A stretch of DNA of 64,000 nucleotides from assembly GCA_051313645.2 (NCBI GenBank), contig JBNRSN020000002.1, positions 519,684,001-519,748,000 on the forward strand. Direction: 5' to 3'. The notes below the pieces were generated by a model. The model was not told where the DNA came from. It made no database searches and was given only the letters and a program-made list of their open reading frames with translations. This DNA comes from Centroscyllium fabricii. Taxonomy: Eukaryota. The translations under genes were made by a program, and so were the position numbers. Shown here piece after piece: positions 13,324 through 26,249 of this stretch (positions are counted from its first letter, which is position 1; each line of letters begins with the position of its first letter).

Positions 13324-13862
13324 GGCTGAATTTTGCTGGCGCTCAGAGGGCGGGTCAGCTGTCAAAATAGCAAAGATTGATAGCGGGTAGTGAACCCGCC
13401 TCCACGTCAGTCACCCAGGTGTCGGGTCTGGCGGCACTGAACAGACCCAACACCAAGCGGCAGGGGAAGCAATTCACATCATTTAATGAGTTGTTAACAT
13501 CCAATTAAAATGTTATTTTAAGCCTATATTTCAATTTTCCCGCCCATTGGAAGGGAAGAGAACCTCCCTGTGTGCTGTGGCTCCTTCCATAAGCAGTGCT
13601 TGTCAGTGTTTACAGCACCTAAATGCTGTAGAACACTGACAGCAGAACTGTCAAAATCAATTTGGACATGGCCCCTTTAAGGAAACCGGCTGATGACGCA
13701 TCATCAAATGACATCATCAGACCCGCTTCCTTTTAATTGTAGTGTGGGCTTAACAAGCCCGATTAAAGTAAAATCACTTGGAGAGTGTGGGCTGCAACAG
13801 GCTGGGACTGCGGCACCGACCCCAGCCGCCCCAGACCCGCCTCAGTCGGCAAAATCGCAGCC
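13324..13862. mobile_element. Non-autonomous TIR element (Harbinger-like MITE)
   Basis: Imperfect TIRs ggctgaattttgc...gcaaaatcgcagcc with actg on both sides, splitting a CR1 segment. Confidence 0.6.
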
Positions 13863-13980
13863 ACTGTCTCTGTCGCCAACTCTTTTAAAACCCTAGGATG
13901 TAGGCCATCGTGTTCAGGGGATTTGTCAGCTTTTAGTCCCATTAATTTTTCCAGTACAGGGTATTATTTCTTTGCAAATA

Positions 13981-14510
13981 CAGGTTGAGCACCGTTAATC
14001 CGTGTCCCTAATAGCCGGCAGCTTCAGTCTGCCGGCACAAATTGCCCCGACTGCACTGCGCATGCGCAAAATGGCAGCCCCCATCGTGGCTTCAGCGAAT
14101 GATCTGCGCATGCGCCGAGCGCATGCGCAGATCATTCAAAACAGCTGCGGGTGTTTTGAATGATCTGCGCATGCGTCACCGGACGGTTAGCGCATGCGCA
14201 GATAATTCAATACGGCCGCCCGTTATTTTCTCGACAGCTGAGCCCCGTGACTGAGGCGGACAGTCACTAGGCAACAGCTGTCAGCCTGAGTCCGGCTCGG
14301 CGGCAGCAGCAACCCGAAAGGCGATGGAGAGGGAACGCGGACCCGTGCCCGATCTGCGCATGCGCGCGCCAGCCAATCGCAATGCTGCGCGCATGCGCGT
14401 GGCCATTTTGAATGGCGCGCATGCGCAGTGTCCAAACTCGTTCTCCCGGTTTTTTCCATTTCCCGGCACGGGCCTGGTCCCGCCCGTGGCGGATTAACGG
14501 TGCTCAACCG
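13981..14510. mobile_element. Tigger/pogo-type MITE, ~530 bp, rich in GCGCATGCGC
   Basis: TIR caggttgagcaccgttaatcc...ggattaacggtgctcaacc(t)g, TA flanks. Near-identical to 32224 and 53356 but in opposite orientation. Confidence 0.92.
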
Positions 14511-14716
14511 TACTAATATCTTTAAGTTCCTTATTCTCACGAGACCTTTGGTTCCCCATTATTTCCGGAATTATTTTGTGTCTTCTGTGAAGACAGATAC
14601 AAAGTATTTGTTTAATGTCACTGCCATTTCCATATTCCCCATTATAATTTCCTCTGTCTCTGCCTATAGGGGACCCATGTTTACTTTCACTAATTGCTTC
14701 CTTTTTACATACCTAT

Positions 14717-16680
14717 AGAATTGAGGTTAGGATCAGATCGGCCATGATCTTGTTGAATGGCGGAGCGGGCTCGGGGGGCCGATTGGCCTACTCCTGCTCC
14801 TATTTCTTATGTTCTTATGTACTTATTCAATTGATCTGCCATTTCTTTGTTCCCCATTATGACTTCCCCTGTTTCTGACTGCAGGGGACCTACGTTTCTT
14901 TTTACTAACCTCTTTCTTTTTACATATTTATAGAAGCTTTTGCAGTCCATTTTAATGTTCTCTGCAAGCTTCCTTTCATATTTTATTTTCCCTGCCCTAA
15001 TCAAACCCTTTGTCCTCCTCTGCTGAGTTTTAAATTTCTCCCAGTCCCCGGGTTTGCTGCTGCTTCTGGCCAATTTGTATGCCACTTCCTTGGTTTTAAT
15101 ACTATCCCTGATTTCCCTTGTTAGCCATGGTTGAGCCACCTTCCCTTTTTTATTTTTACGCCAGACAGGGATGTACAATTGTTGTAGTTCATCCATGCGA
15201 TCTCTAAATGTCTGCCATTGCCCTTCCACTGATAACCCCTTAAATATCGCTTGCCAATCTAACCTCGCCAATTCACGCCTCATACCCTCAAAGTTGCCCT
15301 TATTTAAGTTTTGGATCATGGTCTCTGAATTAACTGTTTCCTTCTCCATCCTAATGTAGAACTCCACCATACTATGGTCACTCTTCCCCAAGGGGCCTCA
15401 CACCACAAGATTGCTGATTAGTCCTTCCTCATTATATAACACCCAGTCCAGGATGGCCTCCCCTCTAGTTGGTTCCTCAACATATTGGTTTAGGAAACCA
15501 TCCCTTAAACACTCCGGGAAATCCTCCTCCACCGTATTGCTTCCAGTTTGAGTAGCCCAATCTATATGCATATTAAAGTCACCCATGATAGCTGCTGTGC
15601 CTTTTTTGCACGCATCTCTGATTTCCTGTTTCATACCCTCCCCCACCTCACTACTACTGTTTGGAGGTCTGTACACAACTCCCACTAACGTTTATTGCCC
15701 TTTGGTGTTCTGCAGCTCAACCCATATTGATTCCACATCCTCCAAGCTAATGTCCTTCCTAGCTATTGCATTAATCTCCTCTTTAACCAGCAATGCTACC
15801 CCACCCCCTTTTCCTTTTATTCTATCCTTCCTGATTAGGCAGATGTATGGCTGATGCAGTATAGTGTGGATAAATGCGAGGTTATCCACTTCGGTGGCAA
15901 AAACAGGAAGGCAGATTATTATCTGAATGGCAATAGATTGGGAGAAGGGGAAGTATAACAAGACCTGGGTGTCCTTGTGCACCAGTCGCTGAAGGTAAAC
16001 ATGCAGGTGCAGCAGACGGTTGGGAGGGCGGATGGTATGTTGGCCTTCATAGTGAGACGATTCAAATACAGAAACAGGGATGTCCTGCTGCAGTTGTGCG
16101 GGGTCTTGGTGGGACCACACCTTGAGTATTGTGTGCAGTTTTGGTCACCTTGTCTGAGGAAGGATATTCTTGCCATGCAGGGAGTGCAGCAAAGATTCAC
16201 CAGACTGATACCTGGGATGGCAGGAATGACATATGTGGAGAGATTGGGTCGATTGGGCTTATACTCACTCGAGTTTAAAAGAATGAGAGGGGATCTCATT
16301 GAAACTTATAAAATTCTAACAGGACTAGACAGACTAGATGCAGGAAGGATGTTCCCGATGGCGGGGCAGTCCAGAACCAGGGGTCACAGTCTAAAGATAA
16401 GGGGTAAGTCATTTAGGACAGAGATGAGGAGGAATTTCTTCACCCAGAGTGGTGAACCTGTGGAATTCTCTACCACAGAAGGCAGTTGAGGCCAATTCAT
16501 TCAATATATTCAAGAAGGAGTTAGATATATTTCTTAAGGCTAAAGTGAAAAAGGGATATGGGGATAAAGCAGGGACAGGGTACTGAGTTTGGATGATCAG
16601 CCATGATCTTAATGAATGGCGGAGCAGGCTTGAGGGGCCGAATGGCCGACTCCTGCTCCTATCTTCTATGTTTCTATGTT
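14717..16680. mobile_element. Nested CR1 block: short + tail (14717-14819), minus-strand endonuclease/RT piece (14820-15832), plus-strand RT end and 3' UTR (15833-16680)
   Basis: ORFs 14807-15391(-), 15398-15685(-) and 15977-16489(+) are CR1 ORF2-like. The host CR1 resumes at ~16681. Confidence 0.75.
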
Positions 16681-19600
16681 AATCTTTTACAATCTGTTTT
16701 TATGTCCCTTGCTAGATTACTCCCATATTCCATCTTCTTTCTTGGTCATCCTTTGCTGAATTCTAAAATCCTCCCAATCCTCAGGTTTACTATTCTTTTT
16801 GGCAACATTATAAGCCTCTTTTACAGTGTTTGCCATTGCTTATCTACCATCATATCTTTTTATCTAGTTTCCCAATCTGCCTTAGCCAAATCACCCCTCA
16901 TACCTACATTGTTTGCTTTGTTCAGATTTAAGACCCTGGTTTTGTACATAACTAAATCACTCTCAAACTCAACATAAAATTCCAGCATATTATGATCACT
17001 GTTCCCCAGAGACTCCTTTACAACAAGGTTATTAATTAACCCTGTCTCATTACACAATACTAGATCTAAAATAGCATGTTCTCTAGTTGGTTCCTCGACA
17101 TACTGATCTATCTGTGCATTACATGAATTAGTCCTCCACACTACCACTGAAAATTTGGTTTGCCCAGTCTATATAAAAATAAAAGCCCCCCATGATTACT
17201 GTATTACCCTTGTTACATGCACCTCTTGTTGCTTGGCTCCACCCAAAGTGATTATACATCTTGATTCTCTGAGCTAAGATCCTTTCTCTCTACTGTCGTT
17301 CTGCCATTGTGTATTATCAGGGCTGCCACCCGCACACTGCCAACGCCCCCCCCCCCCCGCCGCACACACACCTCCTTTTCCAAACTGCCGATCTCTTCTA
17401 AAAGTCAAGTATCCTGGAATATTTCGTTCCCAACCTTGGTCACTCTGCAACCACGTCTCCATAATGGCTATTAAATTAAACCTATTTATTTCTGTCTGTG
17501 CTATTAATTCATCTATTTTGTTGTGAATGCTTTGGGCATTCAGACATAGTGCCTTTAGTTTTAACTTTTTTCTATTCTCCCCACCACCCCCCCCCCACCC
17601 CGAGTCATTAATGCCGTATTATCTTTGTTAAGCTCTCTGTCCCTTCCTGATCCACTCTGCTTATTTTTACCCAAATCACTACTCTGCACTACAGCTTTGA
17701 CATTTCTCTTACTGCTTTTGAATTTACCCTTTCCTGAATCCTCCCACCCCCACTTCACTCGTTTAAGGCCTTATCTACCGCCTCAGTTATTTAATTCGCC
17801 AGGACACTGGTCCAAGTGGAGCCCATCCCAACGGAACAGCTCCCTCTTTCCCCGGTACTGGTGCCAGTGCTGCATGAAGCGAAACCACTGACTCCCACAC
17901 CACTCTTTCAGCCACGCATTCAACCTTCCAATCTGTTTGTCGTACTTCATACTTTAGAGGGTCCAGTGCCAATAAGTCTACGGTATCCTCTTATTGCATC
18001 TATATTACTTGTGAAAACATATATCAGCATTAAAACTCCTAAAGGTAGCATTGCTGGTCGGCTGCATCAAGAGAGATATATTTTACAAAGGGTGAGTGAT
18101 GTTAGGCTCACCAATAGTCCACAGGAATTCACTTCAATGACCAATAACCCTCCCTGCGCTGGTCTGAAGAGCTTGATTTAAAGTGTTTGAACAGATGGTT
18201 CAGGGATCGGGATGATATGTACAAGGCTCCATCAATATGTCTTCGGCTGCTATTATGTTGATAGACCTCTGCTAGTGGGTAACTTTGGCAAAATAAACCC
18301 TTAAAGTTTTCAGTATGAAGCATTAGAATGTAGAAATACTGCCACAGAATAAGGCTTGGTTTCTTATTCTAATACATTCAAAATATAATCCTATATGTAT
18401 AAATCTCCATATTAAACTCAATTCCCTTTGATTCCGGTTCAGATCACACACATCTTCCATCACTTTATATTGGTTTTTAGTCCTCTTGATTACTGTCTGC
18501 TTCTCTTGCCATGCTGCTCACTCTGTTATTGAGGTTTTGAGAGACCAAGCTGATGTCAGCTTTACGTTTCCAGTCCAGGTCAGCTAGTGCCCTTCATGCT
18601 TCCTCGTCCCATGACATGGTAAACAGCATTTCTTCTCTTCTCTGCAGATTCGCCAGAGTTCAAAGTTGCATGAGGCTCCTATTGGTTTCTCATCAACTTA
18701 CCCAAGTCAGCATTAGATCTAGTTATGCTGTCCCTGCTCTCCTACCTTCCAATACTCAATGTCATGAGGCAAACTGGATTCTGTTGGTTAGAGCTGCAAA
18801 CCTGCCCTCTGCATCCTCCCCGCCCTGAAATAAAGCTCAATGCCGAGGTAATCTGTCCAAAGTCAGTGTTAGATCCAGCCATGCTTCTCCACCCCTCACC
18901 CTCCACTCCACCCCATCACCCCCCTCCAGCCCTACCTGCCTCCTCCAGCCCTACCCGCCTCCTCCAGCCTTACTTCTCCCCTCCAGCCCTACCCGCCTCC
19001 TCCAGCCCTACCTCGCCCCCTTCAAGAACCTCCTTAATCTCTCTGCTCTTTGACTATGCTTTTGCCATCTCCCAACTCTCCTTCCCCCACCCCATCCCCC
19101 GCACACAATGTGCACTCGCTATCCGATGCCCTGTTGAGTGCTACATGTATCATTGTCCACCAGTTGCACAGCAGTGTCAGTTGCATCTTTGTAACAGTCT
19201 TCATGCCTGCAATTTCTGTTCTCTACCTTTTCAGGTGCCCTGCCAAATATTTCTGGCCAATGTTGCTGTGTTAGGAGGTGTGGGAGAGTGTGTCTGGAGC
19301 ACGGGATATTTCTGATAGCAAGTGCTTGGTCTCCACATGGTGGCATTCATGAGTCATGAGTTGACCTTGAGTAGGTTATTGTGAGGACCACATGACTGTG
19401 TTGCCTCATGTCTGGGTCAGTAAGAACCTTGTGCAAGTGTTGGGAGTGTGCCGGCTGTAATGGTCTGCTGGGTCGGTGTGATATTGTACTGAATAGATTA
19501 CAGAGTCAATTTAGGGCAGTGCGAAGTCTGTCTTTATTGCTGTCGGTAAGATTAAAATGTTATTTTTGCTGATACTGAATTTTTGTAAATCTATATGCCA

Positions 19601-22600
19601 GAATTTTTATAAATGTACTCTAGTTTTGATTACACAATAAAATTTGCCCTAATATGAGAAGTTTCTGCAGTTAATTCTGGTTCAGTGATTGTGTTCATCC
19701 TCAATTTCTCAACCATTTGTTCAGGGCATGTACTTGAATTCTTATTCAGGTCCTTCTCCTGTTTCCATTTCTTTTCTCTCCTGGTTTTCATATCATCTGT
19801 TGTATGTAATCCAACCATTTTATCCTTTATTTCCCTTTTCTTTTGTGAGTGAGTGCTGAGTGAAGTCAATGGTTTTAGTGTGTGAGCAGGGGCAGCTCCG
19901 GTGGTGTGGAGAGGATCGGCATTGTATTGCAGGAAGAGAGAGTCTAGGCAGCAGTTTCATGGCTTTGCCACTGAGGAGTGATTGCAGCCAAGAGCCCAGT
20001 TGTGAGCATAAGAAAGACCTCCTCCACCCCCTCAATAACGAGACCAACACTCAATCTCTAGGTGGTCAAGTCTGGCCTGTATGGCAGAAGCTGCTGGCGA
20101 GTTCACGGGAGGTGAGCGCCTAGGATTTCCTGCATACTCCTCCAGTGGGAGCACTTGTCCCTGTGCTGTGGGCAGTGTCCTCACCAGCACTGGCTAATCT
20201 CAGGTCAGGGGCTGAAGGGTGTGGACGGGCTCACTGGGCAATCCAGAGCTGGCAGATACTTGACGTATCGTCAATCAAACACGAAAGACGAGTAGTTACC
20301 CAAACTACAGGCTTTTATTCACTTACAATGGAGCTAGTCTCCTGTCGAGTTCAAGGCGAGAATGAGCGGGGGCAGGGCAGCCCTCACCTATATGCTCCCA
20401 CCTGAGGAGAGGAGTTAGAGGTGTGGCTGACCTGGCCTTGCATACAATGTACAGTGTCAAAGGTGAGCACATCCATATATATATACACTGGTAATACGGT
20501 TACTATATACACTGGTAATACGGTTACTATATACACTGGTAATACGGTTACCACATTCACCCCTTCTTTAAAAACAAGTCCGGCGGGGTGAACGAGAGAA
20601 GATGATTTTTTTTTTTTTTAATGTCCGTTAGACGCAATCAACACTGCGCTATTAGTCTCTCTGGCGGTCGCGTCTGTCTCGAGGACCGGCGGGGTGCCGG
20701 TAACGGTGGTGGTGCCGGTTGCAGGGCCGGGATAGGGTTCTCCGCCAACGGTGCCGGCGGTGCGGTATCCGATCCCGGGTCGTTGATTGGTGGTGTTGAG
20801 GGCCCCGGTGTGTGTATGTATGGGGGCCAGTATTCGGTGGGTGGTGGCTGGTCGGGCTGAGGCTCGACCGGGGGTTCTGCCCTAGTGCTCCCGGCGGGCG
20901 CCAGGTCCCTGATCGGGACTGTGTCCTCGTGCCCGTCCGGGAATGTCACGTAAGCATACTGCGGGTTGGCGTGGAGCAGATGCACCCGTTCCACCAGGGG
21001 GTCGGTCTTGTGGCCGCGGACGTGTTTCCTAAGCAACACCGGCCCCTGCACTGTGAGCCACAGCGGGAGTGCTGTCCCCGAAGTCGACTTCCTGGGGAAG
21101 GAAAATAACAGGTCGTGAGGTGTGGAGTTAGTAGCGGTACACAACAGAGAGCGGATGGCATTGAGCGCGTCTGGGAGGACCTCCTGCCAACGGGAGACTG
21201 GAAGGCCTCTGGACTTCAGGCCCAGGTTGACCGCCTTCCAGATGGTCCCGTTCTCCCTTTCTAGCTGGCCGTTCCCCCGGGGGTTGTAACTGGTCATTCT
21301 GCTTGAGGCAACCCCTTTCTGAAGCAGAAACTGACGCAGTTCATCGCTCATGAACGACGACCCCCGGTCGCTATGGATGTAGCTGGGGAGACCGAAAAAT
21401 GGCGAACAGCGTGGTGAAGTGTTTGATCACCGTTGCGCTCATCATGTCTGGGCAGGGGAAGGCAAAGGGGAACCGTGAGAACTCGTCAATGACCATGAGG
21501 AAATACGAGTTGCGGTCAGTGGAGGGGAGGGGGCCTTTGAAGTCCACGCTCAGGCGTTCAAAGGGGCGGGTGGCCTTGATGACGTGCGCTGTGTCTGGCC
21601 TGTAAAATTGGGGTTTGCACTCGGCGCAGACAGGGCACTCTTTGGTCATAGCCTTTATCTCCATGATGGAGTAGGGGAGGCTACGGGATTTGACGAAGTG
21701 GGCGAGTCTGGTGACACCCGGGTGGCAGAGGCGATTGTGGAGGGCCTTCAGCCGGTCCAGCTGGGCGCTGGCGCACGTTCCCCTGGACAGAGCGTCCGGG
21801 GGTTCGTTAAGTTTGCCTGGACGGTAAAGAACGTCGTACTCGGAAGTCGAGAGCTTGATCCGTCACCGCAGGATCTTATCATTCTTGATCTTACCCCGTT
21901 GTTTATTATTAAACATAAACTCCACCGACCGTTGGTCGGTGAGCAGGGTAAAACGCTTACCGGCCAGGTAATGACTGCAGTAGCGCACTGCCTCCACAAT
22001 GGCCTGGGCCTCCTTTTCCACTGCTGAGTGGCGAGTTTCGGGTCCCTGTAGGGTCCGGGAGAAAAACGCTATGGGCCTACATGCCTGGTTCAGGGTGGCG
22101 GCAAGGGCGAAGTCCGAAGCGTCACTCTCCACCTGGAAAGGGATGGACTCATCAACGGCGTGCATGGTCGCCTTGATGATGTCTTCCTTAATCCGAGCGA
22201 ATGCCGTTTGGGCTTCTTCCGAGGGGGAAGACGTCGGCCTTGAGGAGAGGTCTGGCCTTATCCGCGTACTGGGGGACCCATTGCGCGTAATAAGAAAAGA
22301 ACCCTAGACATCTCCTCAGGGCTTTGGGGTTGTGAGGTAAGGGCAGCTCTTGCAAGGGGCGCATACGCTGTGGGTCGGGGCCGAGGACCCCGTTTTCCAC
22401 CACGTATCCGAGGATAGCGAGCCGATCCGTACTAAAGACACACTTGTCTTTATTGTACGTGAGATCCAGCCGTTTTGCCGTGTGCAGGAATTTGGCGAGG
22501 TTGGCATCGTGGTCCTGCTGGTCATGGCCACAGATGGTCACGTTGTCCAGGTAGGGGAAGGTGGCCTGCAACCCGTTCTGGTCAACCATACGGTCCATCT

Positions 22601-23559
22601 CCCTCTGGAACACCGACACTCCGTTGGTCACACCGAAGGGGACCCGGAGGAAGTGGTAGCGCCGGCAGTTTGCCTCGAAGGCGGTGTACTGGCGGTCGGA
22701 TTTCCGGATGGGAAGTTGGTGATACGCCGACTTAAGGTCGATTGTGGAAAAGACCTTGTACTGGGCGATCTGGTTTACCATATCCGAGATGCGGGGGAGG
22801 GGGGAGGCGTCGAGCCCGGTGTAGCGGTTAATCGTCTGGCTATAGTCGATGACCATGCGCAGTTTCTCGCCCGTCTTAACCACTACGACCTGGGCCCGCC
22901 AAGGGCTGGTGCTGGCCTCAATGATCCCTTCTTGCAGCATACGCCCGACTTCCGACCTGATAAACGCCTGGTCCCCGGCACTGTAACGCCGACTTTTAGT
23001 AGCAATGGGCTTGCATTTGGGGTCGAGATTGGCGAACAGTGAGGGGGGGTCGACTTTTAATGTGGACAGGCCGCAAGTCGAGCTCCGCTTTAAGTAGGGA
23101 TTGTCCCGGCTACTGACGGTGAGGGGGGCCAGGGTTCCACTGAAATCCATCGTCACGCTATTCAGATGGCACTGGAAATCCAGTCCCAGTAAGACTGGGG
23201 CGCACAACTGCTGGAGGATGTACAACTTAAAGTTGCGGTAAATGCAGTCCCTGATCGTGAGCGTGACGCTGCAGTAGCCGGTGACGTCCGCCGTGTGGGA
23301 CTTTGAGGCAAGGGAGATTTGGTAGTGCGTGGGCTGGGTCCGCAGTGCGTAGCGCCGCACTGTGTCGGGGTGTATAAAGCTCTCTGTGCTACCGGTGTCG
23401 AACAGGCAGTTAGTGACGTGCCCGTCCACCTTAATCCCCATCATGGATTTGGACAAGGTGTGCGGCCTAGCCTGATCGACAGTGGCTGAGGCCGAGGTGT
23501 ATGTGTGTGAGTGGGGGCCCTCCGCTAGCTGGGGCCCCGGCCGGGGCAGTTGGCAAGAT

Positions 23560-23905
23560 GGCCGCTCGTAGGATGGCGGCGCTGGCAATGTCCGGCTGCT
23601 GTGGACAAGATGGCGGCGCCCGTGGTGCGCACGCGGCTAGCTGCTGAGGATAAGATGGCGGCGCCCGTGGTTCGCACGCGGCCGAACGCGGTGCACAGGA
23701 TGGCGGCGCCCATGGTTCGCACGCGGCAGACCGCGGTGCACAAGATGGCGGCGCCCGTGGTTCGCACACGGCCGACCGCGGTGGACAAGATGGCGGCGCT
23801 GGGGTCACACATGGCCGACCGCTGACGATAAGATGCGGCGCCAGGGGGTCGCATATGGCCGGCCGCTGTCGATAAGATGGCGGCGCCGGGGGTCGCACAT
23901 GGCCG
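23560..23905. repeat. ~54-bp degenerate tandem repeat between gag and protease, each unit containing (A)AGATGGCGGCGC
   Basis: About 6-7 units visible; gives repetitive PPSCAPRSAACEP-like peptides. Confidence 0.8.
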
Positions 23906-25025
23906 GTCGCGGTCGCGTTTGGAGTGGCGGCGCCTGTGCCGCGCGCGCGGCCGATCTCCGCCGTACAGTTAAGGGGGACTGAGGCGCCCGCGATTTACCC
24001 CCGGCTGACCGCTGCTGGGTCGTGCTGCAACACCGTACCTTGGGCCATGGAGTGGCATCGCTGTTTTCACAGGCCACGCTGTTGGGTCTGGAGATGTAGG
24101 CTGGGCTGGACTTGCACGCCTTCGCGTAGTGCCCCTTCTTCGCGCACCGCTCGCAGGTCGCATTCCTCGCCGGGCATTGCGCCCGCGGGTGCTTCCCTTG
24201 GCCGCAGAAGTAGCATCTGTGCCCCGCCGGTGCCTTCGCAGCCGCCGCTGCCATCATGGGGGTCTCGGCCTGTCGCGGTGTCGTTCAGAGGTATCGGGAG
24301 GGCCGTGGTCTCCGTACGCCTCCAGCTTTCGGAGCGCTCCGTCCACCCCATTAGAAAGAGTTATTACGGACTCGAGTGACAGTGTGTCCTGCTCCAGCAG
24401 CCGCTGGCGGGCATGGCTAGACCTGAGGCCAGCCACATAGGCATCCCGGATTAGGAGGTTCGCTTCTTCCTCCGCCGTCCTTGGCTGGCAGTCGCAGGCC
24501 CGTGCGAGGGCTTGAATCGCCAGTAAGAACTGTTCATTGGACTCACCGAGTCGTTGTCATCTGGTCGCCAGAACATGCCTGGCATAGACCGAGTGGGCCG
24601 GGCGCATGTAGCAGTCCTTTAGTTTCTTCACCGCTTCCCCGTACGTCTTGAGGCCACGGATAAAGGAATACACCCGGCCGCTGATCCGCGATGAGAGTAC
24701 CTGGAGTTTGTCCTCATCTCTTGCAGCCTTTACGGCCTTCATGTAGACCTCGACCAGGCCGAACCAGTGTTCGAAGTTGTTAGCAGCATCGGGTGCCTGA
24801 GGATTGATGTCGAGGCGATCCGGTTTCACTGCGTTACTCTCCATGTTTTAAATTTAAGTGAATAAAATTGACGTATCGTCAATCAAACATGAAAGACGAG
24901 TAGTTACCCAAACTACAGGCTTTTATTCACTTACAATGGAGCTGGTCTCCTGTCGAGTTCAAGGCGAGAATGAGCGGGGGCAGGGTGGCCCTCACCTATA
25001 TGCTCCCACCTGAGGGGAGGAGTTA

Positions 25026-25409
25026 GAAACATAGAAACTAGGAGCAGGGGTAGGCCATTTGGCCCTTCGAGCCTGCTCCGCCATTCAATGAGATCATGGC
25101 TGATCATCCAAACCCAGTATCCCACCCCTGCCCTCTCCCCCTATCGAGCCTGCATCAACACATATCCCACCCTATCCCCATAACCCCACATATTCAATCA
25201 CCCTAACACTAAGGGTCAATTTATCATGGCCAATTAACCTAACCGGCGCATCTTTGGACTGTGGGAGGAAACCGGAGCACCCGGAGGAAACCCACGCAGA
25301 CACGGGGAGAATGCGCAAACTCCACACAGATAGTACCCGAGGCTGGATTTGAACCCGGGTCTCCAGTGCTGTGGGGCAACAATGCTAACCACTGTGCCAC
25401 CGTGCCGCC
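25026..25409 (-). mobile_element. HE1/V-SINE-like SINE inside the Gypsy 5' LTR
   Basis: Same head, body and tail as 3548-3953; absent from the partner LTR. Confidence 0.9.
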
Positions 25410-26249
25410 CATTGGAGGTGTGGCTGACCTGGCCTTGCATACAATGTACAGTGTCAAAGGTGAGCATATCCACATATATACACTGGTAATACGGTTACTA
25501 TATACACTGGTAATACGATTACCACACTTTTGAAAAGAGAGATCTTCCAAAACACATATACTCAAGAATAAAATTTTAAAAACACCACATTTTTTTTAAC
25601 AATACTCCAACTAACATAAATTACCTATTTTAAAGAAAAAATAAAAATTCTTTAACTGGCCTAAAAGAATACTTACCTGTCTTTAAAGTTTAAAAAAATT
25701 AAAAACCTGTAAGAACAATACTTAAATTGTATAAAATAAAGACTTGCCTGCTAAAAACAGCTGCTTACGTCTGGTATTTTCAAGCATAAAATCTTCAATA
25801 CTTACCCCAATGAAAACCTCTGGGAAAAAAAACCCAGAAGTTTGTTGCGCACCCCCTGGTGCCGCAGGCGAGTGCGATCTTCCTTGCAGCAGCTCTACCC
25901 CCCCCCCCCCCCCCCCCCCCCCCCCCACTGCTTATCGTTTTCGGAAATGCATGGAGCAGCTGGAAACGGCTGTTTCATGCGATTTGGAGCTCGGGTGCAC
26001 TTACACCCGGCTCCAAATCCAGGTACGAGCATCGGAAATACTGTGTCCCTGCTTTCTCCCCATGTCCCTCGATCCCTTTAGCCTTAAGAAATATATCCAA
26101 CTCCTTCATGAATATATTTAATGAATTGGTCTCTGGACTCTACGGGCGGCACGGTGGCATAGTGGTTAGACCCGGGTTCAAATCTGTGGGAGGAAATCCT
26201 TGTTTAAAAAAAAATCATTCTGTGGGATTTTCAAGGATAGCAGACTGTA

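Larger units (their letters stand above)
10597..17940 (-). mobile_element. Long degenerate CR1 LINE interrupted by several younger insertions
   Basis: Pieces in colinear order on the minus strand: ORF1 end (~17780-17940), endonuclease (ETWLQ, EPTREHAILDLV), RT (GNYRSVSL, SKFADDTKLGG, LVRPHL), and a 3' UTR with (taagaaca) tail at ~10597. Confidence 0.85.
20261..25526 (-). mobile_element. Gypsy/Ty3 LTR retrotransposon, degenerate; LTRs 20261-20555 and 24869-25526 (right LTR interrupted by a SINE)
   Basis: Paired LTRs with internal 24-bp repeats, PPT (rc aaagaaggggtgaa). Gag from 24844 with CCHC knuckles, protease (LFDTGS), RT (YLDN), RNase H (ESDAS), integrase (FERLSVDF, GNGQLERENG). TSD not clean. 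Confidence 0.95.

Noticed and set aside
17940-20260. Short ORFs such as 18725-19315 and 19630-19869
   Set aside because: No recognisable domain or consistent splice pattern; probably decayed repeats or low-complexity DNA.
20257-20260. TSD for the Gypsy element at 20261-25526
   Set aside because: Flanks tact and cttt do not match; only a shifted boundary gives a one-mismatch pair, so no TSD is claimed.
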